Notes under the pieces: model-generated
What the model saw: only the letters and a program-made list of their open reading frames with translations
Database searches by the model: none
Told to the model about the DNA's origin: nothing
Translations under genes and position numbers: made by a program
NCBI GenBank assembly: GCA_964016885.1
Contig: OZ024744.1
Span: 42,346,001 to 42,410,000 of the forward strand
Direction of reading: 5' to 3'
From: Eledone cirrhosa
Lineage: Eukaryota
Length of the DNA stretch: 64,000 nt
Shown: one piece after another, positions 12,646 through 23,015 of the stretch
Layout of the letters: each line of letters begins with the position of its first letter
Numbering within the stretch: the stretch's first letter is position 1

Positions 12646-12650
<5 letters not shown>
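12549..12650 (-). repeat. 102-bp inverted copy of 18672-18773 (Tx1 family-C 3'UTR)
   Basis: Reverse complement matches with one mismatch by eye; both translate as RRRGVPFPGA..SGRSELVDYLSEPWSVIL in the ORF track. Confidence 0.9.
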
Positions 12651-12694
<44 letters not shown>

Positions 12695-12901
12695 GGCGAC
12701 CTACGTAGTAAATCGTATCATCGTGAGCTCCGCAAAGGTTTGTTATTTCCGTTTGTTAAAAATTGTCATTTATGGAAAATTTTATTGTTAACTGTTTATA
12801 AGCGCACATACATTGTTTTCCGAAAAGGACACACAAAAAGATCGGGGCCTTGTGCCCAAAATTTAAACTTTTATTATTATCAAAAAATTTCTTTGAAAAA
12901 A

Positions 12902-14844
12902 ATGGCTAATTCACCTCTGCAACAAGCAGCTGAAAGCCTTCCTCACAAATTAACACCTCACACCGACACCACCATTGTAAATGTTACTACGTTTGCCAAC
13001 ACAAAAAAAAATATAAGCAGTAGCAATATTTTAAATTTGTCTCAGGCAGACATTCATTTCCCGCCATTACCAATGACTGCAGGTGTTAAAGCCTCCACCA
13101 CCACCACCACCGCGACAACCACCACCCCCACCACCACGGCGACAACAGAAACAAAAGAAGAAAAAAATAAATTAATTCGTGATGTCGAAATGAAATCAAG
13201 CAAAATGGACTCTTCCGCACCAAAGACGACAGACGTCACCACAACCACAACTGAAACTAAAATTAATATTAACACAAATAACGATAGCAACAACAACAAC
13301 AATGACATTATAAAACCGACCCTCAGTTTCGCCATAGTAGCAAAACAATTCGAAGCATTCACGGTAACTCAAGAGGATTTAGAAAATGCCAAACAAATGG
13401 TAAAGAAAGATGGGTACAGGGTCAGCCTCACTCCCCCACCTAATAAAATGGAGCATCGGCGCCTATGCACCGTGTCGTATCGAACAATAAATGTAAAATC
13501 GCGCCGAGTGGAACGGGCATCCGAGTCCCAAATCCAAAAAGCTTTGGGACATGTGTGGGCAAGAAAAACCCACATCAGACGTGGGCAAAAGTATGGAACC
13601 GTGGATGTGTTCTTTGAAACACCAGGGAGGCTAGAGAACACTCCATGGCCCCATTAAAAAGTGACGACTTCACACTCGTCCCAAGCTATTGTGGCGAGAG
13701 ACTCGTAAAGATCAGGGTGACCCACGTTCCACCGGCCATCGAAATTCCCTGGCTAATAGCGGCTGTCCTCGCCGGCATCGAAGCCAACACGAAAATAATA
13801 GCAATAGCAAAAGAAAATCAGGAAAACTGGTCCGGATCTGGGATGGAGCTCCTAATCCAAGCGGACCAAAAAAGCATTGAGGAGATCCCAGAGGTAATAG
13901 ACCTCACTGACGGCAGCCACCTCACGGTAATTGTCGAGGGCAGAAGACTTAGGTGTGTCTTTTGTGGTGAAGGAACCCACCTAAGGGCTTTCTGCCCTCA
14001 GGCTAAGAGGTTGAGGCCACCTCTCCTACCCACCCCAGTGACACAACCATCAACACCACCAGTAGCAGAGATAGCAGCAACAACTGTAGCAGCAACAACA
14101 GAAGCAACTATAACAGCAACAACCCCAGCAACAGTAGCAAAACCAACACCACCACCACCCAACACTTCAGAACTAGCACCAGCGCCTACTCCATCCACCA
14201 CACCACAACCAAAACTAACGGCTGTGGAGGATTTTCCACTCCCCGGCCTATCACAACTGGAGACAGATTGTGACGACGAGGAGTGGGAAACGATATCCGG
14301 AAAAAATTCTCTTCCTTCCCCCTCCAAAAACAAAATACAGAGGGAAACAAATAAACTAAGAAACAAAAAAGTTAGGACAGATATGCCACCATCCACACCA
14401 GCATCACCAACCCCATCAACCCAAACACCAACACCATCACCATCATTAACTCCAACACCACCATCACCTACACCACAAAAGTCACCAAAATGCGAAACAG
14501 AAACAAACCCACAACAAACGCAAACAAAACAAAACAACCAAAACGATACACACTACACAGCATTAAATTTGAACAACAAGCAATTATTACACTACATCCA
14601 ACACAACACCAGCATCACAGAAAAAGACTACACAACAACCCCAAAATTCACACCACCTCCACACATACAAATCACTCGCATCACACAGAAAACGTACATG
14701 ACACTAAAACAAAAATTCCCCAAAGATATCGGAGACTTCCGACAAGCACTCTCCAGGAGGATTTATAAGGACATCCTTCCTGGGGAGGCCACAAACAGTG
14801 AAAAGGATGGAAAAACCGTCCTTCCCCTACGAGAAGTAAGGTAA
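12902..14844 (+). pseudogene. Tx1 ORF1 (Thr/Asn-rich N-terminus, RRM-like core, CCHC knuckle, Pro/Thr-rich tail), one frameshift near 13625
   Basis: ORFs 12740-13657 and 13645-14844; CVFCGEGTHLRAFC. Confidence 0.85.
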
Positions 14845-14878
14845 GTGGTCTTTCCCATCTTTTCCACTCCTTTTCAAC

Positions 14879-17800
14879 ATGACCTCACTCAGAATAGGCA
14901 GCATAAATGCGCGTGGCTTGGGGTCGTCATGGAAGCAGGGCCACCTGCTCAACGACCTCAGGTCACTAAACATAGATGTAGTGACCATCAGCGAGACCAG
15001 AATCTCCGAAGCACAGGCTTTCGCACCGATCTTCGGCGGCTACGATGTGTACGCATCTCCCAGCCGTCCGGGATCGGGGGGAGGAGTTGCTGTGCTTTTT
15101 CGGAGAGGTTTGGATCTTGCCATACGGGCCATCTTCCTGGACCCAGAAGGTAAGTTGGTGGTGCTGGACGTGACCAGCGGAGACGGGCAAGCTTTCAGGT
15201 TAGTGGCCGTCTATGCCCCGACAGGAGCAGGGCGGCCTGATTTCTTCCGGCGTCTGGAGACCTTTCTTGGAACGTCCCGCTCTTTAGTGTTAGTGAGCGA
15301 CTGGAACGGGATCTTAGATGCACGCTGGGATTGTGTGGGATTAGTGGATAGGGAAGGAGGGTGCAAGAGTCTCACCAACCTGCTCAGACGTTTTGAACTG
15401 TCTGACAGGTACCGAATGAATTTCCCGAATGTACCAATGTGGACTTGGACAAATCGCATAGAGTCATCCAGATCATATCTAGATAGAGTATTTTGTAGGG
15501 AAATAGATAGGTCTAGCATAGGCTGTCCACAATTCAAGATAGTCAGCTACACGGACCACAAATTCGTGATCTGTGTACTTGACTTAGATAGGCTTCATAG
15601 GCGAGGACCCGGCTACTGGAAGCTAAACGCTTCCTTACCAGCACGCAAGGCCTACAGAGACCGGATTAGCGAACTAGTTAAGCGGGCGTTGACGGGGGCC
15701 ATCGTCAACAACAAGTGGTGGTTTGCTCTGAAAAGAGCAATTAGAATAGAGTTCATTAGGTTTAGTAAGACTTTAGCAATAGAGAAAAATAGAGCAGAGG
15801 GCGAACTAGTTAGAAAATTAGATGAGGCGCTTAGCAAAGGCATCGCGACCGACGTACTTGCGGCGAAATTGGCCCTTGACCAATTCTTCAATGCAAAGCA
15901 CGAAGGCTGCGTTGTCAGAGCTAGGGTGCGTGCTCTCATACACGAGGGGACGAAAGCCGTTCAATGGGCCCGAGTGGCGGAGGCGCGTCGTGGCAACAAA
16001 GCCACGATCCGGTCTTTGGTGGACCACGACGGGCGCATGCTACTCGATCCCGGGCAAATGTGTGAAGCTTTTCAGCGACACTTCGCTCAACAGTTCGGGG
16101 GCAGTGGCGGGCCGGATCGAGGGATGGACTTTAGTGTCTACCTCGACGGACTGCCGCGGCTTTCGGCCACTGAGGCGGAGTGTTGCGAAAAGCCGATAAC
16201 AACCGCTGAAGTACGGGATGCAATGACTAGTTGCACAAGGGGTAAATCGCCTGGTTTGGATGGTCTGCCCTATGAACTTTACGTACAAATGCAAAACTTG
16301 TTCGGAGGCCTCTTGGCGGACGTCTACTGCAACTGGCAACAGAACGGGAGAATTCCCAGCTCTGTGAGCCGAGGAGCGGTGGCGCTGCTGAGAAAGGATC
16401 CGAACAAGGAGGATAACATAGATAATTTTAGGCCCATAACTCTGCTAAACACAGAGTTCAAGATTTTGGCCAAGGTGCTAGCAAAGAGGTTGGCGCTTGT
16501 CGTTGGTGGTCTGGTGGGAGATGCACAGACATGCGCCATTCCCGACAGATCCATCCACGACAACCTCCACCTCATGCGATACATCGTAGAGAGGGTAGCT
16601 AGGGAACCTGGCAAGGGTGGGTCTTTGATCAATTTAGATCAATCGAAAGCCTTCGATAGGGTCAACCATCGTTACCTAGCGGCAGTCGTGAGGGCGGCTG
16701 GCTTTGGGCCCGTCTTCAGAGGCTGGATCGCTGCCATGCACAGCGACATCTGCTCTGTAGTGAGAGTGAACGGTCACCTTTCGGAACCGTTCAACATCAT
16801 GCGCTCGGTCCGCCAAGGATGTCCCCTCTCGTCCCTATTGTACGTATTGACTCTCGAGCCATTACTGCACAAACTGGAGACGTTGAGCGGGGTCCCGCGC
16901 GAACTAGGATGCGGAAGATCCGTGTCAGCATATGCCGACGATGTCACCGTAGTGGTGTCGAATGCCAAACACATCGAGGCGATCGGCACTACACTAAGAG
17001 AATACGAAGCGGTGACAGGAGCAATGATCAACCAGGAAAAGTCAGTGGGCCTGCAGCTCGGCACCTGGAGAGGCAGGTCCATGCCGTCCAACAGCGTCGT
17101 CGGGCGCAGGACGGACGGACCGGTTAAATTGCTAGGGGTCTGGTTCGGTCCAGACCTCCAGACGGACAAAAACTGGGACGAGGTGACCAGCAGGGTGGCT
17201 TCTCTCACCCAGAAATGGGCCGAGAGGAAGCTATCCCTGAAACGTCGAGCGGAGGTGGCGAATGCGTACATCGCATCCGTCATCTACTACCGCCTGACCG
17301 TCGTACCTTGTCCTAAGCCCCGTCTGACTGCGCTGGAGCGTTTGCTGTTTCGCTTCCTGTGGAAGGGACGCGCTCCGATGGTCAGGTGGTCCATCTGCTG
17401 TCAACACCCGCTACGTGGAGGGCTGGGCATGCCGTGGCTGACGATGCGCAGACACGCGCTCAGGCTACGACATCTCCACCTCTTCCTCGACGGTGATCAG
17501 GTGTGGTGGCCGTTTGCTAGACACGTATTTCCCCAGCTCGTCTCCTTGACAGCCCTCGACCAATCGGGCAATGTGATCGGTGGAAACTCCACCTTGGCGT
17601 TCTATAGGGGATTAGTGGAGGGGAAGAGCGACGACGTACTTGGAGAAACTCTAGGCGTCGACGAAAATCAACTAGCCAATCTCTTCGGAAGGACTTTCGG
17701 GCCGGGGCCTGTGGACAACTTCCCGAAATCCCTGGCCTGGCAGTGCTACCGAGGACCTTTGCCAGTTCGGGATAAACTCTACAGGCATGGAGGTGCCGTC

Positions 17801-18226
17801 AGCCGGGCATGTCCGAGATGCGCGCAGGGCGACGAAACCGTCCTGCACGCACTCGTCCAGTGTCCGAGCATTGCTGACTTGTGGGTTTATGTCGAACACC
17901 TGCTGTCACGTGTAGGACGGATCCAGCTATCAGCTGAGTCCATCGTGAGGATTGCCCCGCCCCCTTCCTTTAGCCGGGAAGGGCAGGCAGTTTTTATCTG
18001 TCTGGTGGCCATGGCGAAAGAGATAGTATGGTGGACACGTTTGAAAGGGCTGAAGACGAGCACTTACCTCTTCGGTGATGCCCTGATTAACTTTTTCAAA
18101 TTTCATTTGAAAATTAAAATCAGGGTAGAGAGGGAAGTGCTCTCTTCCCAGCATTTTGTTGAAAGATGGGTGAGAGAAGCAAGTATGGCCCGAATGAATG
18201 GGCCTTCTCTGAGTATGTGTCTGTAA
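14879..18226 (+). CDS. Tx1 ORF2: APE endonuclease + reverse transcriptase + CCHC zinc finger (1115 aa, open)
   Basis: APE motifs INARGL, ISET, VYAP, SDWN, YLDR, YTDH; RT motifs LDQSKAFDRV, RQGCPLS, YADD; CPRC..H..QC. Confidence 0.93.
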   Translation: MTSLRIGSINARGLGSSWKQGHLLNDLRSLNIDVVTISETRISEAQAFAPIFGGYDVYASPSRPGSGGGVAVLFRRGLDLAIRAIFLDPEGKLVVLDVTSGDGQAFRLVAVYAPTGAGRPDFFRRLETFLGTSRSLVLVSDWNGILDARWDCVGLVDREGGCKSLTNLLRRFELSDRYRMNFPNVPMWTWTNRIESSRSYLDRVFCREIDRSSIGCPQFKIVSYTDHKFVICVLDLDRLHRRGPGYWKLNASLPARKAYRDRISELVKRALTGAIVNNKWWFALKRAIRIEFIRFSKTLAIEKNRAEGELVRKLDEALSKGIATDVLAAKLALDQFFNAKHEGCVVRARVRALIHEGTKAVQWARVAEARRGNKATIRSLVDHDGRMLLDPGQMCEAFQRHFAQQFGGSGGPDRGMDFSVYLDGLPRLSATEAECCEKPITTAEVRDAMTSCTRGKSPGLDGLPYELYVQMQNLFGGLLADVYCNWQQNGRIPSSVSRGAVALLRKDPNKEDNIDNFRPITLLNTEFKILAKVLAKRLALVVGGLVGDAQTCAIPDRSIHDNLHLMRYIVERVAREPGKGGSLINLDQSKAFDRVNHRYLAAVVRAAGFGPVFRGWIAAMHSDICSVVRVNGHLSEPFNIMRSVRQGCPLSSLLYVLTLEPLLHKLETLSGVPRELGCGRSVSAYADDVTVVVSNAKHIEAIGTTLREYEAVTGAMINQEKSVGLQLGTWRGRSMPSNSVVGRRTDGPVKLLGVWFGPDLQTDKNWDEVTSRVASLTQKWAERKLSLKRRAEVANAYIASVIYYRLTVVPCPKPRLTALERLLFRFLWKGRAPMVRWSICCQHPLRGGLGMPWLTMRRHALRLRHLHLFLDGDQVWWPFARHVFPQLVSLTALDQSGNVIGGNSTLAFYRGLVEGKSDDVLGETLGVDENQLANLFGRTFGPGPVDNFPKSLAWQCYRGPLPVRDKLYRHGGAVSRACPRCAQGDETVLHALVQCPSIADLWVYVEHLLSRVGRIQLSAESIVRIAPPPSFSREGQAVFICLVAMAKEIVWWTRLKGLKTSTYLFGDALINFFKFHLKIKIRVEREVLSSQHFVERWVREASMARMNGPSLSMCL

Positions 18227-18490
18227 ATTAAAGGTGGAAAACTGGGTGAGGGCACTTGCCCTGGTGGTCAGGGCCACTGTGGTCTTTTAATGGGCTTTCT
18301 CCACAAATGTCCCTCGGAAGTCTCCCCCCTATTGGGGAATTTTTCTTTGTTATTTTATTTCATCCTCTGTTTTTTTTACACGCAGAAATGCCCATTTGTA
18401 CCGTCCTGTATTGTCCTGTACTGTCCTTAATGTCTACTTTATGTAAACCCTTGTGGTTAATAAAGAAAACATTATTATTATTATTATTAA

Positions 18491-18527
<37 letters not shown>

Positions 18528-18529
<2 letters not shown>

Positions 18530-18855
18530 ACTTTTTCATGTTTCACTGGAAAGGAAGGTGAAGGTGGAGAGAGAAGTGCTGCCCCCCAGTACATTTGCTG
18601 AAAGGTGAGTGAATGTGGCGAGAATGACCCGTGTGAGTGGGCCTACTCTGATTATGCGCCCTGTAGGTGGGTAAATTTGAGGAGGAGAGGTGTGCCCTTC
18701 CCTGGTGCTCGCGAAGTGTCGGGTCGTTCAGAATTAGTGGATTACCTGAGTGAACCCTGGAGTGTCATCCTCCCTTTTGGGAACTTTTCTTGTATTTTTC
18801 TTGTTACTTTGTTATTGTTATTCATATTGTTTACACGTTGTATATGTAAATCCCC
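18528..18855 (+). mobile_element. 5'-truncated 3' end of a third Tx1 family (C)
   Basis: Encodes FFMFHWKG..KVEREVLPPSTFAER.VNVARMTRVSGPTL, homologous to the family-A ORF2 C-terminus, followed by a different 3'UTR. Confidence 0.75.
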
Positions 18856-21800
18856 AGACTCTACCCTCCTGGATATCAAAAAGACGGAGAGAGAGGACTG
18901 GGCCAGAATGGATTTGGAGATTCTTCTCAAAATGAAACCGGAAGACCTCAATAACATCCCGGATTTTGCCCACCTGCAGGACGGGACAACAATCCAACTA
19001 ATCACTGAGGTAAGAAGGCCGCACTGCTTCGTCTGAGGAGAAACAACGCATCTCCAAACCTTCTGCTCTCAGCTCAAAAATGAAGGAGGTCGCAAACCTC
19101 CTTTGTTGCCAACGCCAGTCTCAACACGGAAAGCTGCACCACCACCAACAAAAACAACACCAACAATGGCACGGGCAACCCCTCCCAACATCAAAAAGAG
19201 TCGGACCACCACCAGCACCGAAACCAATCCAAGGGGAAAACAAGGAAAGCTCTCCCACTAACCCTACCCCTCCAATTATACACATAGACAAAACCATAAA
19301 TGCACACACAGACACAGATACACTCACAGCTACAGACCCTTTGTCTTCCAGCAGTGAAGATGAAGGAAAACCCAAAAGTGCCAAAAACCAAAAGAGAAAA
19401 CTCACCAAAAAAAGTCCCCAAGAAACAGAGAAACATACACAACAAAAAATACAGACACCACTAACGCAAACACTTCCCCAATAAAATCAACACCACCCTC
19501 ACAATCCCCTAAACACAAGAACAAATAAACACACAGACATCTGAAATTGCAGATATCTACAACACACACAGACATACCCGAAACAACACCACCAAAACCA
19601 TCACCACCACAGTCACCGAAACGAAAACAAATAAAACCACACCAACAAAACATTAAAAACTTTGTGCTTGTCAGAAGGGCCAACGATAAATTGATGGTCC
19701 TCTTAGCATGAAGTGAGGACATTCAAACAGAGGGGGAAATCTTTGAATTGAGCACATTTTGAATGCTAGATTTGTTTCTGGTGTGAATGTCGGTCGATTC
19801 CTCCAAAGAAATTCAAGAGAGCTTTCTTCAAGATGTGGGAACCCTGAACCTGAAACCCACATCGAGACTTTTAAAGGAATTCCCAAAAGAAACCCCACCA
19901 ACCATGGAGGCCGAACCACCCGAACTTCACAAGACCCGAGGAGGTAAGTAAACCTTCCTTCTCTCTTTTAGCTTGCCAACATGGCCATATTAAGAGTAGG
20001 AAGTTTAATTGTTCATGGCCTGGGGTCACTCTGAAAGCAGGGGGGTTGCCTGCTCAATGACCTCAGGTCTCTGGAAATGGATGTGATTGCTGTCAGCGAG
20101 ACCAGGATTTCCGATATGTGCACACTAGCCCCCATTTTCGATGACTATCATATCTTAACATCTGTTAGCAGGCCGGGAATGGGAGGTGGGTAGCAGTACT
20201 GTTTAGGAAAGGCCTGGATCTCGAGGTAAGGTCGATCTTCCGAGACCCGGACGGTAAGTTGGTGGTCCTGGATGTAAAGCAATAGCGAAGGTGGTGCCTT
20301 TAGACTGCTGGCCGTCAACACCCCTCTTGGGGTCGGACAACCGGACTTCTTTAGGCACCTGGAAGCCTTTCTGTGTACGTCTCACTCTTTACTGTTAGCG
20401 GGGGACTGGAACAGCATATTAGACGCATGCTGGGATTGTGTCGGAGTAGCTGATAGGAGCAGGTGGTGCAAAACCCTCAAGGACCTAATCGACCAGTTCC
20501 AACTGTCTGATAGGTACTGACTAGATTTCCCCAATGCGCCAGTGTGGACGTGGCCAACTGCACAGGGTCATCTAGATCATATATAGACAGGATCTTCATT
20601 AGGAGAATAGATAGAAATAGTGTAGGCTGCCGACTTTTTAGAACGGTCGCCTATTCAGATCACAAATTTGTGATCTGTACGGTCGACCTAGATAAAACGC
20701 ATAGGTTAGGACTTGGTTACTGGAAGTTGAACATGTCATTTCTGGCTTACGGTGACTGGGTCAACAATTTAGTTAAGCAAAATATGGTGGGGAGCTCTCA
20801 AAAGAGAGATTAGAGTAATTTTGATAGGGTTTAGCAAAGAAGTAGTATTAAAGAAGAATAGAAAGGAGGGGGAGCTGGTAGATAAGTTAGACGAGGCTAT
20901 TTGTAGTGGCATTGCAACTGACGTGCTAGTGGTGAGAATGGCATTAGACCATTTCTTCAATGCGAGACACGAAGGTTGCATTGTCAGAGCTAAGGCGCGT
21001 GCTCTGAGAAACGAAGGAACTAAAGCTGTTTGATGGGCCTACGAGGCAGAGGCACAGCGTGATAATAAAACCACAATTCTGTTTTGGCGGACCGAGACGG
21101 ACACAAAATAAGCGATTTCAAGCGGATGTGTGGCCTTTCCCCAGCACTTTGCTCGGTTGTTCGGGGAGAGTGATGGGTCAGAGACAGTAGCGGACTTCAG
21201 CCCCTACCTTGAGGGCTTGCTGCGCATCTCAATGGTCAACACTGAACACTACGAAAGGTCAATTACTTCAGCTGAAATTCAGGATGCCCTTGTCGGCTTC
21301 ATGAGGCGCAAGTCACCCAGTTTGGATGGCCTGCCCTACGAGCTTTACGTAAATATGCCATTTTGTTCTCCGATCTCATCGACGTGCTCTACTGCAACTG
21401 GCAGCAGAATGGGAGTATTCGCAGTTCTGTGAGCAGGGGAGTGGTGACGCTGATAAGGAAAGACGAGAACAAGAGGGATACATTAGACAATTTCAGACCC
21501 ATAACTCTGCTCAACACAGAGTTTAAGATGTTAACCAAGGTGTTAGCAAAGAGATTGGTGCTTGTCGTCGAGGATTTGGTTGGGGAGGCGCAAACTTGCG
21601 CAGTATCAGCCAGCTCCCTACATGACAACCTCCACCTCATGCGATACATCATAGAGATGGTAGGGTGTAAACCTGGCTTCGGTGGGGCACTGATCAATTT
21701 AGATCAATCGAAAGCATTCGATAGGGTCGACCATCGGTATCTGGAGGTTGTCCCTAAAGCGGCTGGCTTCGGCCCCGTCTTCAGAAGCTGGATCGCTGCA

Positions 21801-22790
21801 ATGCACAGCGGCACCTGCTCGGTGGTCAAGGTTAATGACCACCTCTCAGAACAATTTTGGCTTTCCCGATCAGTCCGTCAAGAGTGCCCTCTCACTTCCC
21901 TTCTGTACATATTGACTCTCGAACATGTATTGCAGAAGCTGGAGCTGTTGCAGAGCATCCCGCTCGAACCGGGACGCGGAAAGGCTGAGTCGGCTTGTGA
22001 GGACGACATCACCGTGATGGTGTCGGACACCTTGGAAATCGAGGTGGTCGGCACCTTATTGAAGGAATATGAAAGGTTGACAGGAGCCAAACTTAATCCG
22101 GAGAAGTCAGTGGGCTTGCAGCTTGGCACCTGCAGAGGCAAGTACATGCCATCCAACAACATCGTGGGGTGCTGGATGGGCGGACCGGTAAAGTTGCTCG
22201 GGTTTGATTCGGACCAGATCTCCAGGTGGAAAAGAATTGGGATAAGGTAACGAGCAGGGTAGCCAGTCTCACCCAAAAATTGGCTGCGAAGAAGCTATCA
22301 CTGAAAAGTCGTGCGGAGGTGGTGAATGCGTACATTCTGTCCGTCATCTGGTAAACTGACCGTCGTCTCTTGCCCCCGTTCGCGCCTCACCAACTTGGAA
22401 TGGCTCTTCTTCAAATTCTTGTGGCATAGACAGATTCCGTTAGTTAGGCGGTCCATCTGCTGCCAGCACCCTCTACGCGGAGGGCTAGGCATGCCGTGGC
22501 TAACGATGCACAGACATGCGCTGAGGCTGCAACATCTCCAGATATTCTGCCTAAACGGTGAACAGGTGTGCTCGCCGTTTATCAGACGGGCTTTTCCGCA
22601 GCTCGTTTCTTTGACTGAGCTGCAGTCCTGGATCAAGAAGAGACCGAGACTGGGTGACTGGCACCTGGAATGTTGCCAGGCATCACTGCCCTCTACCAAG
22701 CGCGCAATGCAATCAGTGGAACTTCTACTCTCGAGTTCTATAGAGGATTAGTGGTGGGCAAGTGCGATGACACACTCAGAGAAGCTTTAT
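18856..22790 (+). mobile_element. Older, degraded Tx1 copy 3 (partial ORF1 to 19947; ORF2 from 19981; 3' truncated)
   Basis: EVRRPHCFV.GETTHLQTFC knuckle; AGDWN, YSDH, FRPITLLNTEF, LDQSKAFDRV; many stops/frameshifts. Confidence 0.88.
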
Positions 22791-22797
22791 TTAGTTT

Positions 22798-23015
22798 AGG
22801 ATGTTGGATTGGCAGAATAATTAGAGCATCAGAAAAATGCATTGTGGCATATAGTTATAGCTCATTATATGAAATTCAAATCCTGCCAAGATCACTTTTG
22901 CCTTTCATCCTTTTGGGGTCAATAAAATAAAGTACCAATAAAGTACTGCAGTCAATATAATCAGCTTTCTCCTGTCCACAAAATCACTAGCCTTCAGCCT
23001 ACATTGAAAATCATT
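22798..23015 (+). mobile_element. Degenerate family-1 SINE
   Basis: ttggcagaataattagagc..ttcaaatcctgcc..gcctttcatccttttggggtcaataaaataaagtacc. Confidence 0.7.

Larger units (their letters stand above)
12695..18470 (+). mobile_element. Full-length Tx1/L1-clade LINE copy 2 (family A) embedded in (ATT)n
   Basis: (TTA)n at about 12648-12694, 5' end GGCGAC, ORF1, ORF2, 3'UTR ending AATAAAGAAAAC, then (ATT)n at 18471-18527. Confidence 0.95.

Noticed and set aside
15148-15155. Second AG|GTAAGT inside the APE coding region
   Set aside because: Explained by E-G-K-L codons, with no adjacent pyrimidine tract or acceptor. It shows such motifs can arise by chance and is a caveat for the junction donor.
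16774-17283. Antisense ORFs recurring in several Tx1 and R4 copies
   Set aside because: They recur only because the copies are near-identical; shadows of the RT frame with no independent motifs.
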